From positions 212,310-276,309 of the forward strand of contig OY969413.1 in NCBI GenBank assembly GCA_963699165.1: a stretch of DNA of 64,000 bases, given 5' to 3'. Below the pieces are notes generated by a model. The model saw only the letters and a list, made by a program, of their open reading frames with translations. It did not search any database and was not told where the DNA came from. Of this stretch, positions 56,182 through 64,000 are shown in pieces. The position numbers were made by a program, and so were the translations under genes. Each line of letters begins with the position of its first letter. Positions within the stretch are counted from its first letter, which is position 1. The DNA is from Candidatus Kaiserbacteria bacterium (GTDB lineage: Bacteria > Patescibacteriota > Minisyncoccia > Phycocordibacterales > Phycocordibacteraceae).

Positions 56182-56814
56182 CTAAATCCGTTTATTATCT
56201 ACCCTCACGAATTCCAAAAAGTTGTTAATGGCAACCATCCAGAAAACCAAAATCAATAAGGTCTGGACTATCCATGAAGAGAGATTCGGTGTTGCATAGA
56301 CGCTTAACGATGACGCTTTCGGAAATTGGGGATGACTTGGGCAAACATCCTGGATTCCGACTCCCTTTTTGACAAAGCCGCAAGATGCAAGGAAACTGGT
56401 TTGTTCAACCGCGATTTGAAGTGGAATTTGCGATATTACATAAGACGAGTTCGGCATAATTTCATACGCGTCTGGGTTCTGCACTGAGCTTCCTGTAAAG
56501 CCGGTTGGAATACGGCCCGAAATGTAGGGCATTAATGGATCATCCTTAGGTACTGCCCATGAATATACCCAATCAAATGCCAAGGTGTGGTTTTCGATAT
56601 GCAAATCATAATAGCCAATTGCCGGAAATAGACCCAAATACTTTGAGAAGATTGGTACCCATGGCGCGAATACTGGCACCATTGCAGGGAACATGATTGT
56701 ACTGCTGGCCGAATTAATTATAGTGTTTGATGACAATTGGTAGCGTTGAAAAGGGTACGGCAATAGAATTGCGACGGTAAAAAGTGTTAGCAGTACAAAA
56801 ATGATATACTTCAT
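56182..56814 (-). CDS. Hypothetical exported/membrane protein (AT-rich gene)
   Basis: 210 aa, N-terminal and C-terminal hydrophobic segments; lower local GC than flanking genes. Confidence 0.45.
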   Translation of the reverse strand: MKYIIFVLLTLFTVAILLPYPFQRYQLSSNTIINSASSTIMFPAMVPVFAPWVPIFSKYLGLFPAIGYYDLHIENHTLAFDWVYSWAVPKDDPLMPYISGRIPTGFTGSSVQNPDAYEIMPNSSYVISQIPLQIAVEQTSFLASCGFVKKGVGIQDVCPSHPQFPKASSLSVYATPNLSSWIVQTLLILVFWMVAINNFLEFVRVDNKRI

Positions 56815-56896
56815 ATCGAATAGAATATCGCATAATTTTCTAAAGTGTACAGTATCCGCAATTAAAAAACCGCTTGTGGCGGTCTTTTAATTTCTA

Positions 56897-57292
56897 CTAA
56901 CGTTTACTCCACTGTTTCGCTTTCCGCGCTTTAACAAGTCCCGGCTTTTTGCGCTCTTTGGCGCGCGGGTCGCGCTTCAAAAACTTTGCGGCCTTCAAGA
57001 CCGTGCGGGTCTTCGGCTCTGCCTTTGTGATGGCGCGGGAGATTGCGTGGCGCACGGCATCTGCCTGTGCCGCGATGCCGCCGCCGGAAACATGCGCGAC
57101 GACCGCGTAGTTCTCTGCGCTCTCTGCCGTCGCGAGTGCTTCCTCGGCGACTTTTGCGCGCTCGTTAGTTTTGAAATAGTCCTTCGGGCTCTTGCCGTTA
57201 ATCACGACGCTGCTTTTTGCGGCCTTTGCTATGCGAACGCTCGCAATGGCGGTCTTTCTTCGTCCTACTGCGGTGATGAATTCTGTTGCCAT
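56897..57292 (-). CDS. rpsI: 30S ribosomal protein S9
   Basis: Canonical S9 ending ...KARKAKQWSKR. Confidence 0.92.
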   Translation of the reverse strand: MATEFITAVGRRKTAIASVRIAKAAKSSVVINGKSPKDYFKTNERAKVAEEALATAESAENYAVVAHVSGGGIAAQADAVRHAISRAITKAEPKTRTVLKAAKFLKRDPRAKERKKPGLVKARKAKQWSKR

Positions 57293-57297
57293 AAAAT

Positions 57298-57669
57298 TTA
57301 TGCGTTCACGATAAGATTCTTCATGCGCGGTGCGCGAAGCTTGTTGCGCGGAATCATTCCGTCAACCGTTTTCCGTACGACATCCGCAATGCCCTTCTTC
57401 TCAATCATTTGCTCCATTGTCATTTCGCGAAGACCGCCCGGGTAGCCGGTGTAGTGCGTGTAGACCTTTCCTTTCGTGCGGCGCGCCGGCAGGTGGAGCT
57501 TGCTTGCGTTCTCGATGATGACGGTTGTCGGCACCGCGATGTTCTTTGCGAAAAGCGTTGAACGCTTTCCGAGAAGCGCATGAGCCGCCTCGCTCGCAAC
57601 GCGTCCAAGCGTGCGATCGGTCGCATCGATAGTGTACGTCGTCGGCTGTGGCTTCGTGTTAGGAGTCAT
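57298..57669 (-). CDS. rplM: 50S ribosomal protein L13
   Basis: Internal ATG chosen (MTPNTKPQPTTYTIDATDRTLGRVASEAAHALLGK...). The ORF extends 18 codons upstream. Confidence 0.9.
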   Translation of the reverse strand: MTPNTKPQPTTYTIDATDRTLGRVASEAAHALLGKRSTLFAKNIAVPTTVIIENASKLHLPARRTKGKVYTHYTGYPGGLREMTMEQMIEKKGIADVVRKTVDGMIPRNKLRAPRMKNLIVNA

Positions 57670-57685
57670 GATGCTGTTATAAATA

Positions 57686-58039
57686 CTAGACAAATGCGAT
57701 ATACGCAAGCTTGCGCGCGTCATTTTTGCCGCGGGTTGTGCGCTTCACGACGCGGGTGTAGCCGCCCTCGCGTGTCGCGTAGCGAGGACCGATTGAGTCG
57801 AAAAGCTTTTTGACGGCTTCATCGTCGCCGAGGCGGGTCTTGGTGAGCCGGCGGCTTGCAAGCGTATTCTTCTTTGCGTAGGTCACGAGGCGCTCTACAA
57901 ACGGGCGGAGGGCTTTCGCTTTTGCTTCGGTGGTCGAGATGCGCTCTTCAAGCACGAGCGAACGCGCCAGCGAGCGGATGAGCGCTCGCCGCTGGTTGCT
58001 CGGTCGAGCAAAGGTTCGTGCTTTTTTAGTAAATGCCAT
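57686..58039 (-). CDS. rplQ: 50S ribosomal protein L17
   Basis: MAFTKKARTFARPSNQRRALIRSLARSLVLEERISTTEAKAK... Confidence 0.92.
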   Translation of the reverse strand: MAFTKKARTFARPSNQRRALIRSLARSLVLEERISTTEAKAKALRPFVERLVTYAKKNTLASRRLTKTRLGDDEAVKKLFDSIGPRYATREGGYTRVVKRTTRGKNDARKLAYIAFV

Positions 58040-58049
58040 ACCGGATTAA

Positions 58050-59015
58050 TTATTCTCCCTTGAGGGTAAGCCCGAAGCCGGCGAGCGCCTCCGAAATTTC
58101 GCTCACGGCCTTGTCTCCGATGCCGTCGAGTTCTTTGAGCGCGCTCGGTGTCTTGCGAATGAGTCCGGCGGTCGTTTTGATGCCCGCATCGGCAAGAGCC
58201 GATACGATACGGGAAGAAATGCCGAGATCGGCAATTTTAACTTTTGTTGAATCCGCAAATCCTTCGGCCGCGGCGTTTTTACCGCCCTTTTTTTCCGGTG
58301 CGCCCTCCTCAGCTGCTGCCGGTGCGCTCTCCTGGAATCCGATAACGGCGCGAAGCTGATGAATCATCGTTTCAATCGACTGCTCGAGCGCCTCGCGAGG
58401 CGCGATAGTGCCGTTGGTCTCGATAAGAATGCGGAGGCGATTGAAATCCGTGCGGTCGCCGACGCGCATGTTTTCGACTTCATAGTTGACGCGGCGAATC
58501 GGCGTGAAGGTCGCATCGAGCGCGATAGTGCCGATGTCCACCTTGTCCTTCGTGAGGACTTCGCGCGAAACATAACCGAGGCCGCGCTCGATAGTCGCTT
58601 CGAGTTCGAGCGATGCCTTGCCCGAGAGGTCGGCGAGATGCTGGGTCGGATTCTTAATTTCAACTTGCGAGGGCAAATTGAAATTCTTTGCAGTGACTTC
58701 GCCCGTGCCTTTTGCGGTAAGGGAAATGGTCTGCGGCTCGTCGCCATGAAGCACGAAGTGAACGCGTTTCAAGTTGAGCAAAAGCTCCATGACGGTTTCG
58801 CGAACACCGTCGATAGTCGCAAACTCATGCGGAACGCCCTCGATTTTCACTTGTGTGATTGCCGCGCCCGAAAGAGAGGAAAGAATAATGCGGCGAAGCG
58901 AGTTGCCGAGCGTATGCCCGTAGCCCGGATAGAGCGAATCGATTTCATAAACGCCCTGCAGTCCTTCTTCGGAAACAATGCGAGGCTTACTCGGGAGTGT
59001 GATGTGGTATTCCAT
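58050..59015 (-). CDS. rpoA: DNA-directed RNA polymerase subunit alpha
   Basis: N-terminal dimerisation/assembly domain plus C-terminal HhH domain. Confidence 0.92.
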   Translation of the reverse strand: MEYHITLPSKPRIVSEEGLQGVYEIDSLYPGYGHTLGNSLRRIILSSLSGAAITQVKIEGVPHEFATIDGVRETVMELLLNLKRVHFVLHGDEPQTISLTAKGTGEVTAKNFNLPSQVEIKNPTQHLADLSGKASLELEATIERGLGYVSREVLTKDKVDIGTIALDATFTPIRRVNYEVENMRVGDRTDFNRLRILIETNGTIAPREALEQSIETMIHQLRAVIGFQESAPAAAEEGAPEKKGGKNAAAEGFADSTKVKIADLGISSRIVSALADAGIKTTAGLIRKTPSALKELDGIGDKAVSEISEALAGFGLTLKGE

Positions 59016-59042
59016 AACGCAATCGTAATTACCAATTATAAA

Positions 59043-59654
59043 TTATCTCGTGTAGAACGAGAGCACGGCCGCCAAATCGCCCGCGACGTCCGCGGATGCG
59101 GCTGTCGGACGTTCGATGATGCTGCCCTCCATCGACTTCGCATTCCACGAAAGCCATGACGGAAGCGGGCGCTCCGCAAAGCGCTCGCCGAATCCAACAA
59201 GAGAACCGTGTTCCTTCGAACCCTCGCGAATCGCGATGTGCTCGCCAACGGAAAGCATGTGCGACGGCACGCGCACCTTCTTGCCTCCCACCAAAACGTG
59301 GCCGTGTGCCACCATTTGGCGCGCCGAGCGCCGCGTAGACGCCAAGCCGAGACGCCAAATGACATTGTCGAGGCGCATTTCGAGAAGCTCGTGGAGGCGT
59401 TCAATCGGCTTTATGTCGTGCGCATCGAGCGCCTTCGCGACGTAATTGCCGAACTGGCGCTCCGTCATGCCGTAGGTAACGCGCACCTTCTGCTTCTCGA
59501 GCATCTGCTTTCCGTATTCGCTCTGACGGCCGCGGCCGCGGCGCTTGTTTTTGGCGGAACGCTCCGCGGAGAGCGCAAACTTTTGTGTCTGCGCTTTTTC
59601 AAAGACGGTTGCGCCGAGGCGCTTCGCAATTTTGTATCGTGGACCGGTAATCAT
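59043..59654 (-). CDS. rpsD: 30S ribosomal protein S4
   Basis: MITGPRYKIAKRLGATVFEKAQTQKFAL...; C-terminal S4 domain. Confidence 0.92.
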   Translation of the reverse strand: MITGPRYKIAKRLGATVFEKAQTQKFALSAERSAKNKRRGRGRQSEYGKQMLEKQKVRVTYGMTERQFGNYVAKALDAHDIKPIERLHELLEMRLDNVIWRLGLASTRRSARQMVAHGHVLVGGKKVRVPSHMLSVGEHIAIREGSKEHGSLVGFGERFAERPLPSWLSWNAKSMEGSIIERPTAASADVAGDLAAVLSFYTR

Positions 59655-59665
59655 GGCATTAAAAA

Positions 59666-60100
59666 TTACACGCGGCGCGGCTTCGGCGGGCGCGGACCGT
59701 TGTGCGGAATCGGCGTCACATCTTTGATGGCGCGGATTTGAATGCCCTTGCCCGAGAATGCGCGAAGCACCGACTCGCGTCCCGCGCCAACGCCGCGGAT
59801 GACAACCGATGCTTCCTTGATGCCGATCATCGTTCCTTTCTCGCCGAGAAATTCGCCGACTTTCGCGGCGGCATACGGCGTGGATTTGCGGGCTCCGGAA
59901 AAACCGAGAGCGCCCGCGGAAGAAGACACAATCGCATTGCCCTTCTCGTCCGTAAGGATGGCCTTCGTATTGTTGAAAGTCGCCTCGATATGCAACACGC
60001 CTTTCTCGAGGTGGCGTTTCGTGGCCTTCGAAAGAGCGCGCTCTTTGCGCCCCTGATCCATGCCTTTGCCGCTCTTCTTGATGATGCGTTTTTTTCCCAT
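59666..60100 (-). CDS. rpsK: 30S ribosomal protein S11
   Basis: HIEATFNNTKAILTDEKGNAIVSSSAG... canonical S11. Confidence 0.92.
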   Translation of the reverse strand: MGKKRIIKKSGKGMDQGRKERALSKATKRHLEKGVLHIEATFNNTKAILTDEKGNAIVSSSAGALGFSGARKSTPYAAAKVGEFLGEKGTMIGIKEASVVIRGVGAGRESVLRAFSGKGIQIRAIKDVTPIPHNGPRPPKPRRV

Positions 60101-60107
60101 AGATTAA

Positions 60108-60488
60108 TTATGTTTTTTCAAGCGTACGGCGTCCCGAGGTCATCGTCTTCCTGACGTTGCCGCGGCGCGTGCGCGAGTTGGTCTTGGTGCGCTGGCCGCG
60201 AACCGGCAAACCTCGCGCATGGCGATCGCCGCGAATCGAACGGATGTCCTTCAGACGCTTTATGTTCTGGCCGATTTCTCGGCGAAGCTCACCCTCGATG
60301 GTAAAACCTTCCGCTAGCGTGCGGATTCTTACTTCCTCATCGGGCGTAAGGTCGCTGCCTTTCATTGTCGGAACGACGCCGACCTCTTTCAAAATCTCGC
60401 GGGCACGTGCCGGGCCGATGCCGAAAATAAGCGGCAGCGAGTACGCGAGTTGTTTGTTATCGGGAATGGTAACGCCTGCGATACGCAT
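60108..60488 (-). CDS. rpsM: 30S ribosomal protein S13
   Basis: MRIAGVTIPDNKQLAYSLPLIFGIGPARAREIL... Confidence 0.92.
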   Translation of the reverse strand: MRIAGVTIPDNKQLAYSLPLIFGIGPARAREILKEVGVVPTMKGSDLTPDEEVRIRTLAEGFTIEGELRREIGQNIKRLKDIRSIRGDRHARGLPVRGQRTKTNSRTRRGNVRKTMTSGRRTLEKT

Positions 60489-60499
60489 ACGAAAATAAT

Positions 60500-60616
60500 T
60501 TACCCCTGACGCGCCTTGCGTCGAGGATTCTTTTTATTAATACGATACAGACGCCCGCCGCGGCGGACGAGCTGATCTCCCGGTTGCTGAACTTTAATTG
60601 AAGCACGAACTTTCAT
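60500..60616 (-). CDS. rpmJ: 50S ribosomal protein L36, Cys-less (zinc-independent) variant; missed by the >=60-aa ORF track
   Basis: Manual translation on the minus strand: [38 protein letters not shown] (38 aa). Sits between infA and rpsM as expected. Confidence 0.8.
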   Translation of the reverse strand: MKVRASIKVQQPGDQLVRRGGRLYRINKKNPRRKARQG

Positions 60617-60752
60617 CCTGTTAGAAATAGGACGCGGACATTTCTATCGCGCGAAACCCATGATTATTTTGAACATCTTATAATTTAGCCGATTTTAACA
60701 GTTTTTTATTCAGTCCGCTATTTCGAACGGGATTCATCGTAATGTCTGAAAA

Positions 60753-61022
60753 TTATGTTAATCGGCGAACTATTCTCGCGCGGCCGCCATACGGGTCGAG
60801 CACCATATCGACTTGGTCGCCGACCAAAACGCGAATGCGATGCAACCGCATCTTGCCCGAAAGATATGCAAGAACAATCGCTCCTTCTTCCGGCTCCGGC
60901 TTCACGCCGGCATCGTCTGAAGGTTCCTCTGCCGGCACAGACATGCGAACCCGAAAGAGTGAGTTTGGCAACACCTCTTCGACGGTGCCAACCGCCGTTT
61001 TTGTACTTTCGCCGTCATTCAT
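60753..61022 (-). CDS. infA: Translation initiation factor IF-1 with ~17-aa acidic insertion
   Basis: MNDGESTKTAVGTVEEVLPNSLFRVRM...GAIVLAYLSGKMRLHRIRVLVGDQVDMVLDPYGGRARIVRRLT. Six-frame ORF 60753..61418 extends spuriously into the adjacent IS. Confidence 0.85.
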   Translation of the reverse strand: MNDGESTKTAVGTVEEVLPNSLFRVRMSVPAEEPSDDAGVKPEPEEGAIVLAYLSGKMRLHRIRVLVGDQVDMVLDPYGGRARIVRRLT

Positions 61023-61060
61023 GCAGAGCCATATCAATGTAGCAGGTGTCGCTAAAATCG

Positions 61061-62104
61061 TCAAATAGTTGTACGCGTCCAGTACTTTTGGCAGTCCCCG
61101 ACGGTTAATGTACACACAATATACCGCAAGGGGGACACCATGCCGAGCGACTGGTGCGGGCGTTTGGTGTTGTACCAGATCAGCCAGTCGACAAGCTTCA
61201 GATTGAAGGAATGAATATCGTCCCGCAGCAGGCCCCGATTCAGCATGATGAAGTCCTCGGAGACGGTGCGATTGAATCGTTCGACGTGGGCATTCATCTT
61301 GGGAGTGCGGGGGCGGGTGTGAAAGTGCGTGAGCCCGAGTTCGGCACAGGCATCCTCGAAGTGTTTGGCGAACTCGCTCCCGTTGTCGGTCTGCAACTCG
61401 TCGATATCGAAGGGGCAAACCTCGATGACTCGGCGAAGGAAGTCGTCCGCGCTTCTCGACGAGTGGTTCGTATACGCGCCCGCAAAGGCGAACTTCCGCT
61501 CCACATCCACTGCCGTGAGGACGTACCGCTTCACGCCGTCGATGAAGCGGACGACGGTATCGAGCTCCATGCCGCGCTTGCCGGTGCGGCGAAGCTTGGT
61601 ACGGCGTTTCTGCGGTGTTTCCGTGTGATTGCCCGTACGTGCGTGGAACGAGAGCCGGCTCTGCTGCGGGAGCAGACCGCGGTTCTTCAAATCCAGAATG
61701 ACCCGCCCAACGTATGACTCCGACACGGAGTGCCCTTCTTCGCGCAGGAGAACGGCAAGCTTTGCTTTCCCAAGCCGGGGATGCGCCTGTCGTTCGCGGA
61801 TGATGAAATCCTCGACCTCGGGCAGAACAGTCCTCCTTCGACGCGCCTTCGGCGCAGTGCTCTTCGGGTCAAGTGCATCAATGCGGCCCTCGTGGGCTTT
61901 GAGTTCCTCCTTCCAGCGATACAAGGTGCGCTCCGAGGTGCCAAAGGCGTCGTATGCGGCCTCCGTCCCGTGCATGTCCCAGAATCCCAATATCTTCACC
62001 CGTCTGTCGACTTCCTTTGGTTTCCGCATATGCCGCAATCGTATCGTCCTTTCCCACATGCTCAACCAGCCCTTCGTACCCCTGAAATTGCTTCTGATGC
62101 GCAT
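61061..62104 (-). CDS. IS481-family DDE transposase (copy 3); stop codon supplied by flank DNA (TI*)
   Basis: 347-aa ORF; one conservative difference from copy 1 (REEGH vs REEGY). Confidence 0.85.
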   Translation of the reverse strand: MRIRSNFRGTKGWLSMWERTIRLRHMRKPKEVDRRVKILGFWDMHGTEAAYDAFGTSERTLYRWKEELKAHEGRIDALDPKSTAPKARRRRTVLPEVEDFIIRERQAHPRLGKAKLAVLLREEGHSVSESYVGRVILDLKNRGLLPQQSRLSFHARTGNHTETPQKRRTKLRRTGKRGMELDTVVRFIDGVKRYVLTAVDVERKFAFAGAYTNHSSRSADDFLRRVIEVCPFDIDELQTDNGSEFAKHFEDACAELGLTHFHTRPRTPKMNAHVERFNRTVSEDFIMLNRGLLRDDIHSFNLKLVDWLIWYNTKRPHQSLGMVSPLRYIVCTLTVGDCQKYWTRTTI

Positions 62105-62148
62105 ATATCCTCGGTTATGAGGACTGCCAAATGTATCTGAACTTATGC
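61070..62148 (-). mobile_element. IS481-family insertion sequence, copy 3 of 3, flanked by 6-bp target duplication AATAGT; inserted 48 nt upstream of infA
   Basis: Identical to copies 1 and 2 apart from one transposase codon (H in copy 3 vs Y in copies 1 and 2). Flank repeats at 61064-61069 and 62149-62154. Confidence 0.9.
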
Positions 62149-62156
62149 AATAGTCC

Positions 62157-63419
62157 CTACGGATTGTCGACGGTTATAGTGATTTGGGAGGGGTCTTCGG
62201 GGAACGACCGGCGCCAAAACGGGCGCAGAGTGATAATCGCCCGCTTCACCTCGGGATAGTTGGTAAGCGCGACTTCGGCTTCCGAAATCGACTTGCCGCT
62301 AACGGCCGCGGCGATGCGCGTCGGGTCGACGGTGTAGAGAAGCGTGGCCGTGCCGGACAGCGAGAAGTTAAAAGGGGCCGTATCTACGGTGGGAATGATG
62401 TCTATCGGCGTGAGGGTCAGGTTGTTGCTCGGCGTAAACGTGAGGGGTTCGCCTTGATAGGTCGTGAGGCCGCTGATGGACAATGCAATCGTCTTTGCGA
62501 GCGCGGCGTTCGGGAAAACGACGGCCGTGATGGTTCCCTGTTCCCGAATCGTAACCATGCCGGTGCTCGAAGATGTCTGTGGTGCGAGCTCCTGGAATGT
62601 CGTAGTTGCTGCGCCGGGCAAAAGCGTATAGCCGGAAGGGATTTGCGACTTTAGCGACGAGTCGAGGTCCGGCGCGAGCGCGGTGATGAGCGTGCCGGTG
62701 GTTTGCGCCTCGGTATTCGGATCGGTTACGGGAACAGTTCCCGCTTGTCCACCGGAAAACGCGGCCGTCGAACGGGCGTACACTGCTGCCGCCTGCGGCG
62801 TTCCCGCCAATCCGGGAAGCGTGAATGCGGAAGGGCCGACGTTATACGTACTGCCGTTTTGGTCGGCATACACCGTCGCGGATACGCTGCCCGGTTTTGC
62901 GTTGCTACCGGCCGGAACTGTCACACCCGTATGAATGCGGAATATAAGTCCCGAAGCCGTCGCGAAGCGCGTCGTTGCGACAAGCCGCTGCACTTTTGCC
63001 TGCGTGTTGTAGATGGTGATGGTGCCGGACGCAAGCGAGTTTACGGTCTTGGTGCCCGTGCCCTTTACGTCTTGCGATGCTACTTTTTGAGCGGTGATTA
63101 TCTGGTATGGAAGCGCGTTTGCGGTCTGTCCGGTCGTGCTTGCGGAAACGGGCGCATTGCTTGCGGTGAAAGAGTTCTGAACCGCGGCGTTGATGGTGTT
63201 TGGCGTTACTTCCACCCGCGCGGTTGAAAAATACATCAAAACACCCGCCGATGCCGCTACAATAATTACTACGGCGATAAGCGTTCCCCACGGAAAGCGA
63301 TTCCGGCGCTGAGGCGAGCGTGAGAGCCGTTGCGGCGGACCGGATTGACTATCCGCAGGACCGGACGGTCCGACTTCCCTGCGCCGCGAGGGCGGAATTA
63401 TGTCATTTAGTGTAGGCAT
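62157..63419 (-). CDS. Hypothetical bitopic membrane protein with large Thr/Ser/Ala-rich extracytoplasmic domain; possibly PilN/PilO-like
   Basis: 420 aa: short basic cytoplasmic N-terminus (MPTLNDIIPP...), one TM, long periplasmic domain. Immediately downstream of a PilM/FtsA-like gene. Confidence 0.45.
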   Translation of the reverse strand: MPTLNDIIPPSRRREVGPSGPADSQSGPPQRLSRSPQRRNRFPWGTLIAVVIIVAASAGVLMYFSTARVEVTPNTINAAVQNSFTASNAPVSASTTGQTANALPYQIITAQKVASQDVKGTGTKTVNSLASGTITIYNTQAKVQRLVATTRFATASGLIFRIHTGVTVPAGSNAKPGSVSATVYADQNGSTYNVGPSAFTLPGLAGTPQAAAVYARSTAAFSGGQAGTVPVTDPNTEAQTTGTLITALAPDLDSSLKSQIPSGYTLLPGAATTTFQELAPQTSSSTGMVTIREQGTITAVVFPNAALAKTIALSISGLTTYQGEPLTFTPSNNLTLTPIDIIPTVDTAPFNFSLSGTATLLYTVDPTRIAAAVSGKSISEAEVALTNYPEVKRAIITLRPFWRRSFPEDPSQITITVDNP

Positions 63420-63473
63420 TTTTGAAGTATATCAGTTTTCGGCAGCGGCAAATCGCACCGTCTGTGCATAGTA

Positions 63474-64000
63474 CTATTTACGCTCATCCGAACGGTACGA
63501 CAAGTACAAAGCCATGAGCAAAAGCGAGAGGTCGGGTGCCGGTGCGGCCGACTGCCGTACCAATCCGTTGAGGTGGCTAGGTAGCACGGTGACGATTTTC
63601 GGCGGATTGTTCGAGAGCCAGAGCTTCTCCAGTACGGTTGCGCTCAGTTCGCGTTTCATTTCGGCCGTTTCCGGTTCGCCGCCGAGCAGGAGAATCGTTC
63701 TCGGCAGCGGATAATTTTTGGCAAGTTCGGACAGCTCGCGTTCTACATCTTCCGTCCATGGATTCTCGCTGCCGTCCGGCACATCGACGATAACGGCCAA
63801 AATTCTGTTGCGAACTATGGCGATGGACGTTATCGGCCCGACCGCATCGATAATAAGCGCGTCGTTTTCGTGCGGAAATGCCCGCAACATGGTCTGAAAA
63901 CGAAGCGAACCGCCGCCGATAGAAAGAATATTTCTCGTATGATAGGCGCTTCGCAACATGGCGTCGGTGTTTTTCACGACCGTCTCGTCGATTTTTGAGG
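63474..64000 (-). CDS. Actin-like ATPase of the PilM/FtsA family, C-terminal part (5' end beyond window)
   Basis: DAVGPITSIAIVRNRILAVIVDVPDG and ILLLGGEPETAEMKREL resemble the second-domain phosphate/adenosine motifs of PilM/FtsA. The frame stays open to the window edge. Confidence 0.5.
   Translation of the reverse strand, partial: SKIDETVVKNTDAMLRSAYHTRNILSIGGGSLRFQTMLRAFPHENDALIIDAVGPITSIAIVRNRILAVIVDVPDGSENPWTEDVERELSELAKNYPLPRTILLLGGEPETAEMKRELSATVLEKLWLSNNPPKIVTVLPSHLNGLVRQSAAPAPDLSLLLMALYLSYRSDERK

Overview
This is a 64-kb stretch of a high-GC bacterial chromosome, almost entirely housekeeping genes in tight, often 4-nt-overlapping operons. On the + strand: mreC(partial)-mreD-mrdA, greA, lysS, and a partial dcw cluster mraZ-rsmH-ftsL-ftsI-murF. 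On the - strand: a long array trpS-aspS-pepA-scpA-scpB-dacA-like-mraY-ftsW-murG-gltX-M23 peptidase; tyrS, an ABC exporter, dnaJ-dnaK-grpE; and the ribosomal/RNAP block rpsI-rplM-rplQ-rpoA-rpsD-rpsK-rpsM-rpmJ-infA. Also present are recR, dnaB, cysS, corA, ctpA, rplI, rpmA, rplU, a DEAD-box helicase, two tRNAs (Glu-CTC and Tyr-GTA) and several small hypothetical membrane proteins. Gene content (archaeal-length AspRS, Cys-less L36, short MreD, split dcw cluster, many small secreted hypotheticals) suggests a reduced-genome bacterium, possibly of the CPR/Patescibacteria type; this is inference only. The accessory content is (i) an IS481-family insertion sequence of about 1079 bp in three identical copies, a second, unrelated 932-bp IS481-family element, and an IS30-family transposase remnant; (ii) a 1351-aa secreted repeat protein with a phage-tail-fibre-like C-terminal self-cleaving chaperone domain, sitting beside tRNA-Glu and a ~540-bp hairpin-rich non-coding region that carries partial copies of the tRNA 3' end; (iii) several unusual structured intergenic elements. 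Most extra six-frame ORFs are high-GC artefacts antisense to real genes. Manually derived coordinates may be off by 1-2 nt in places; ORF-track coordinates were trusted where available.
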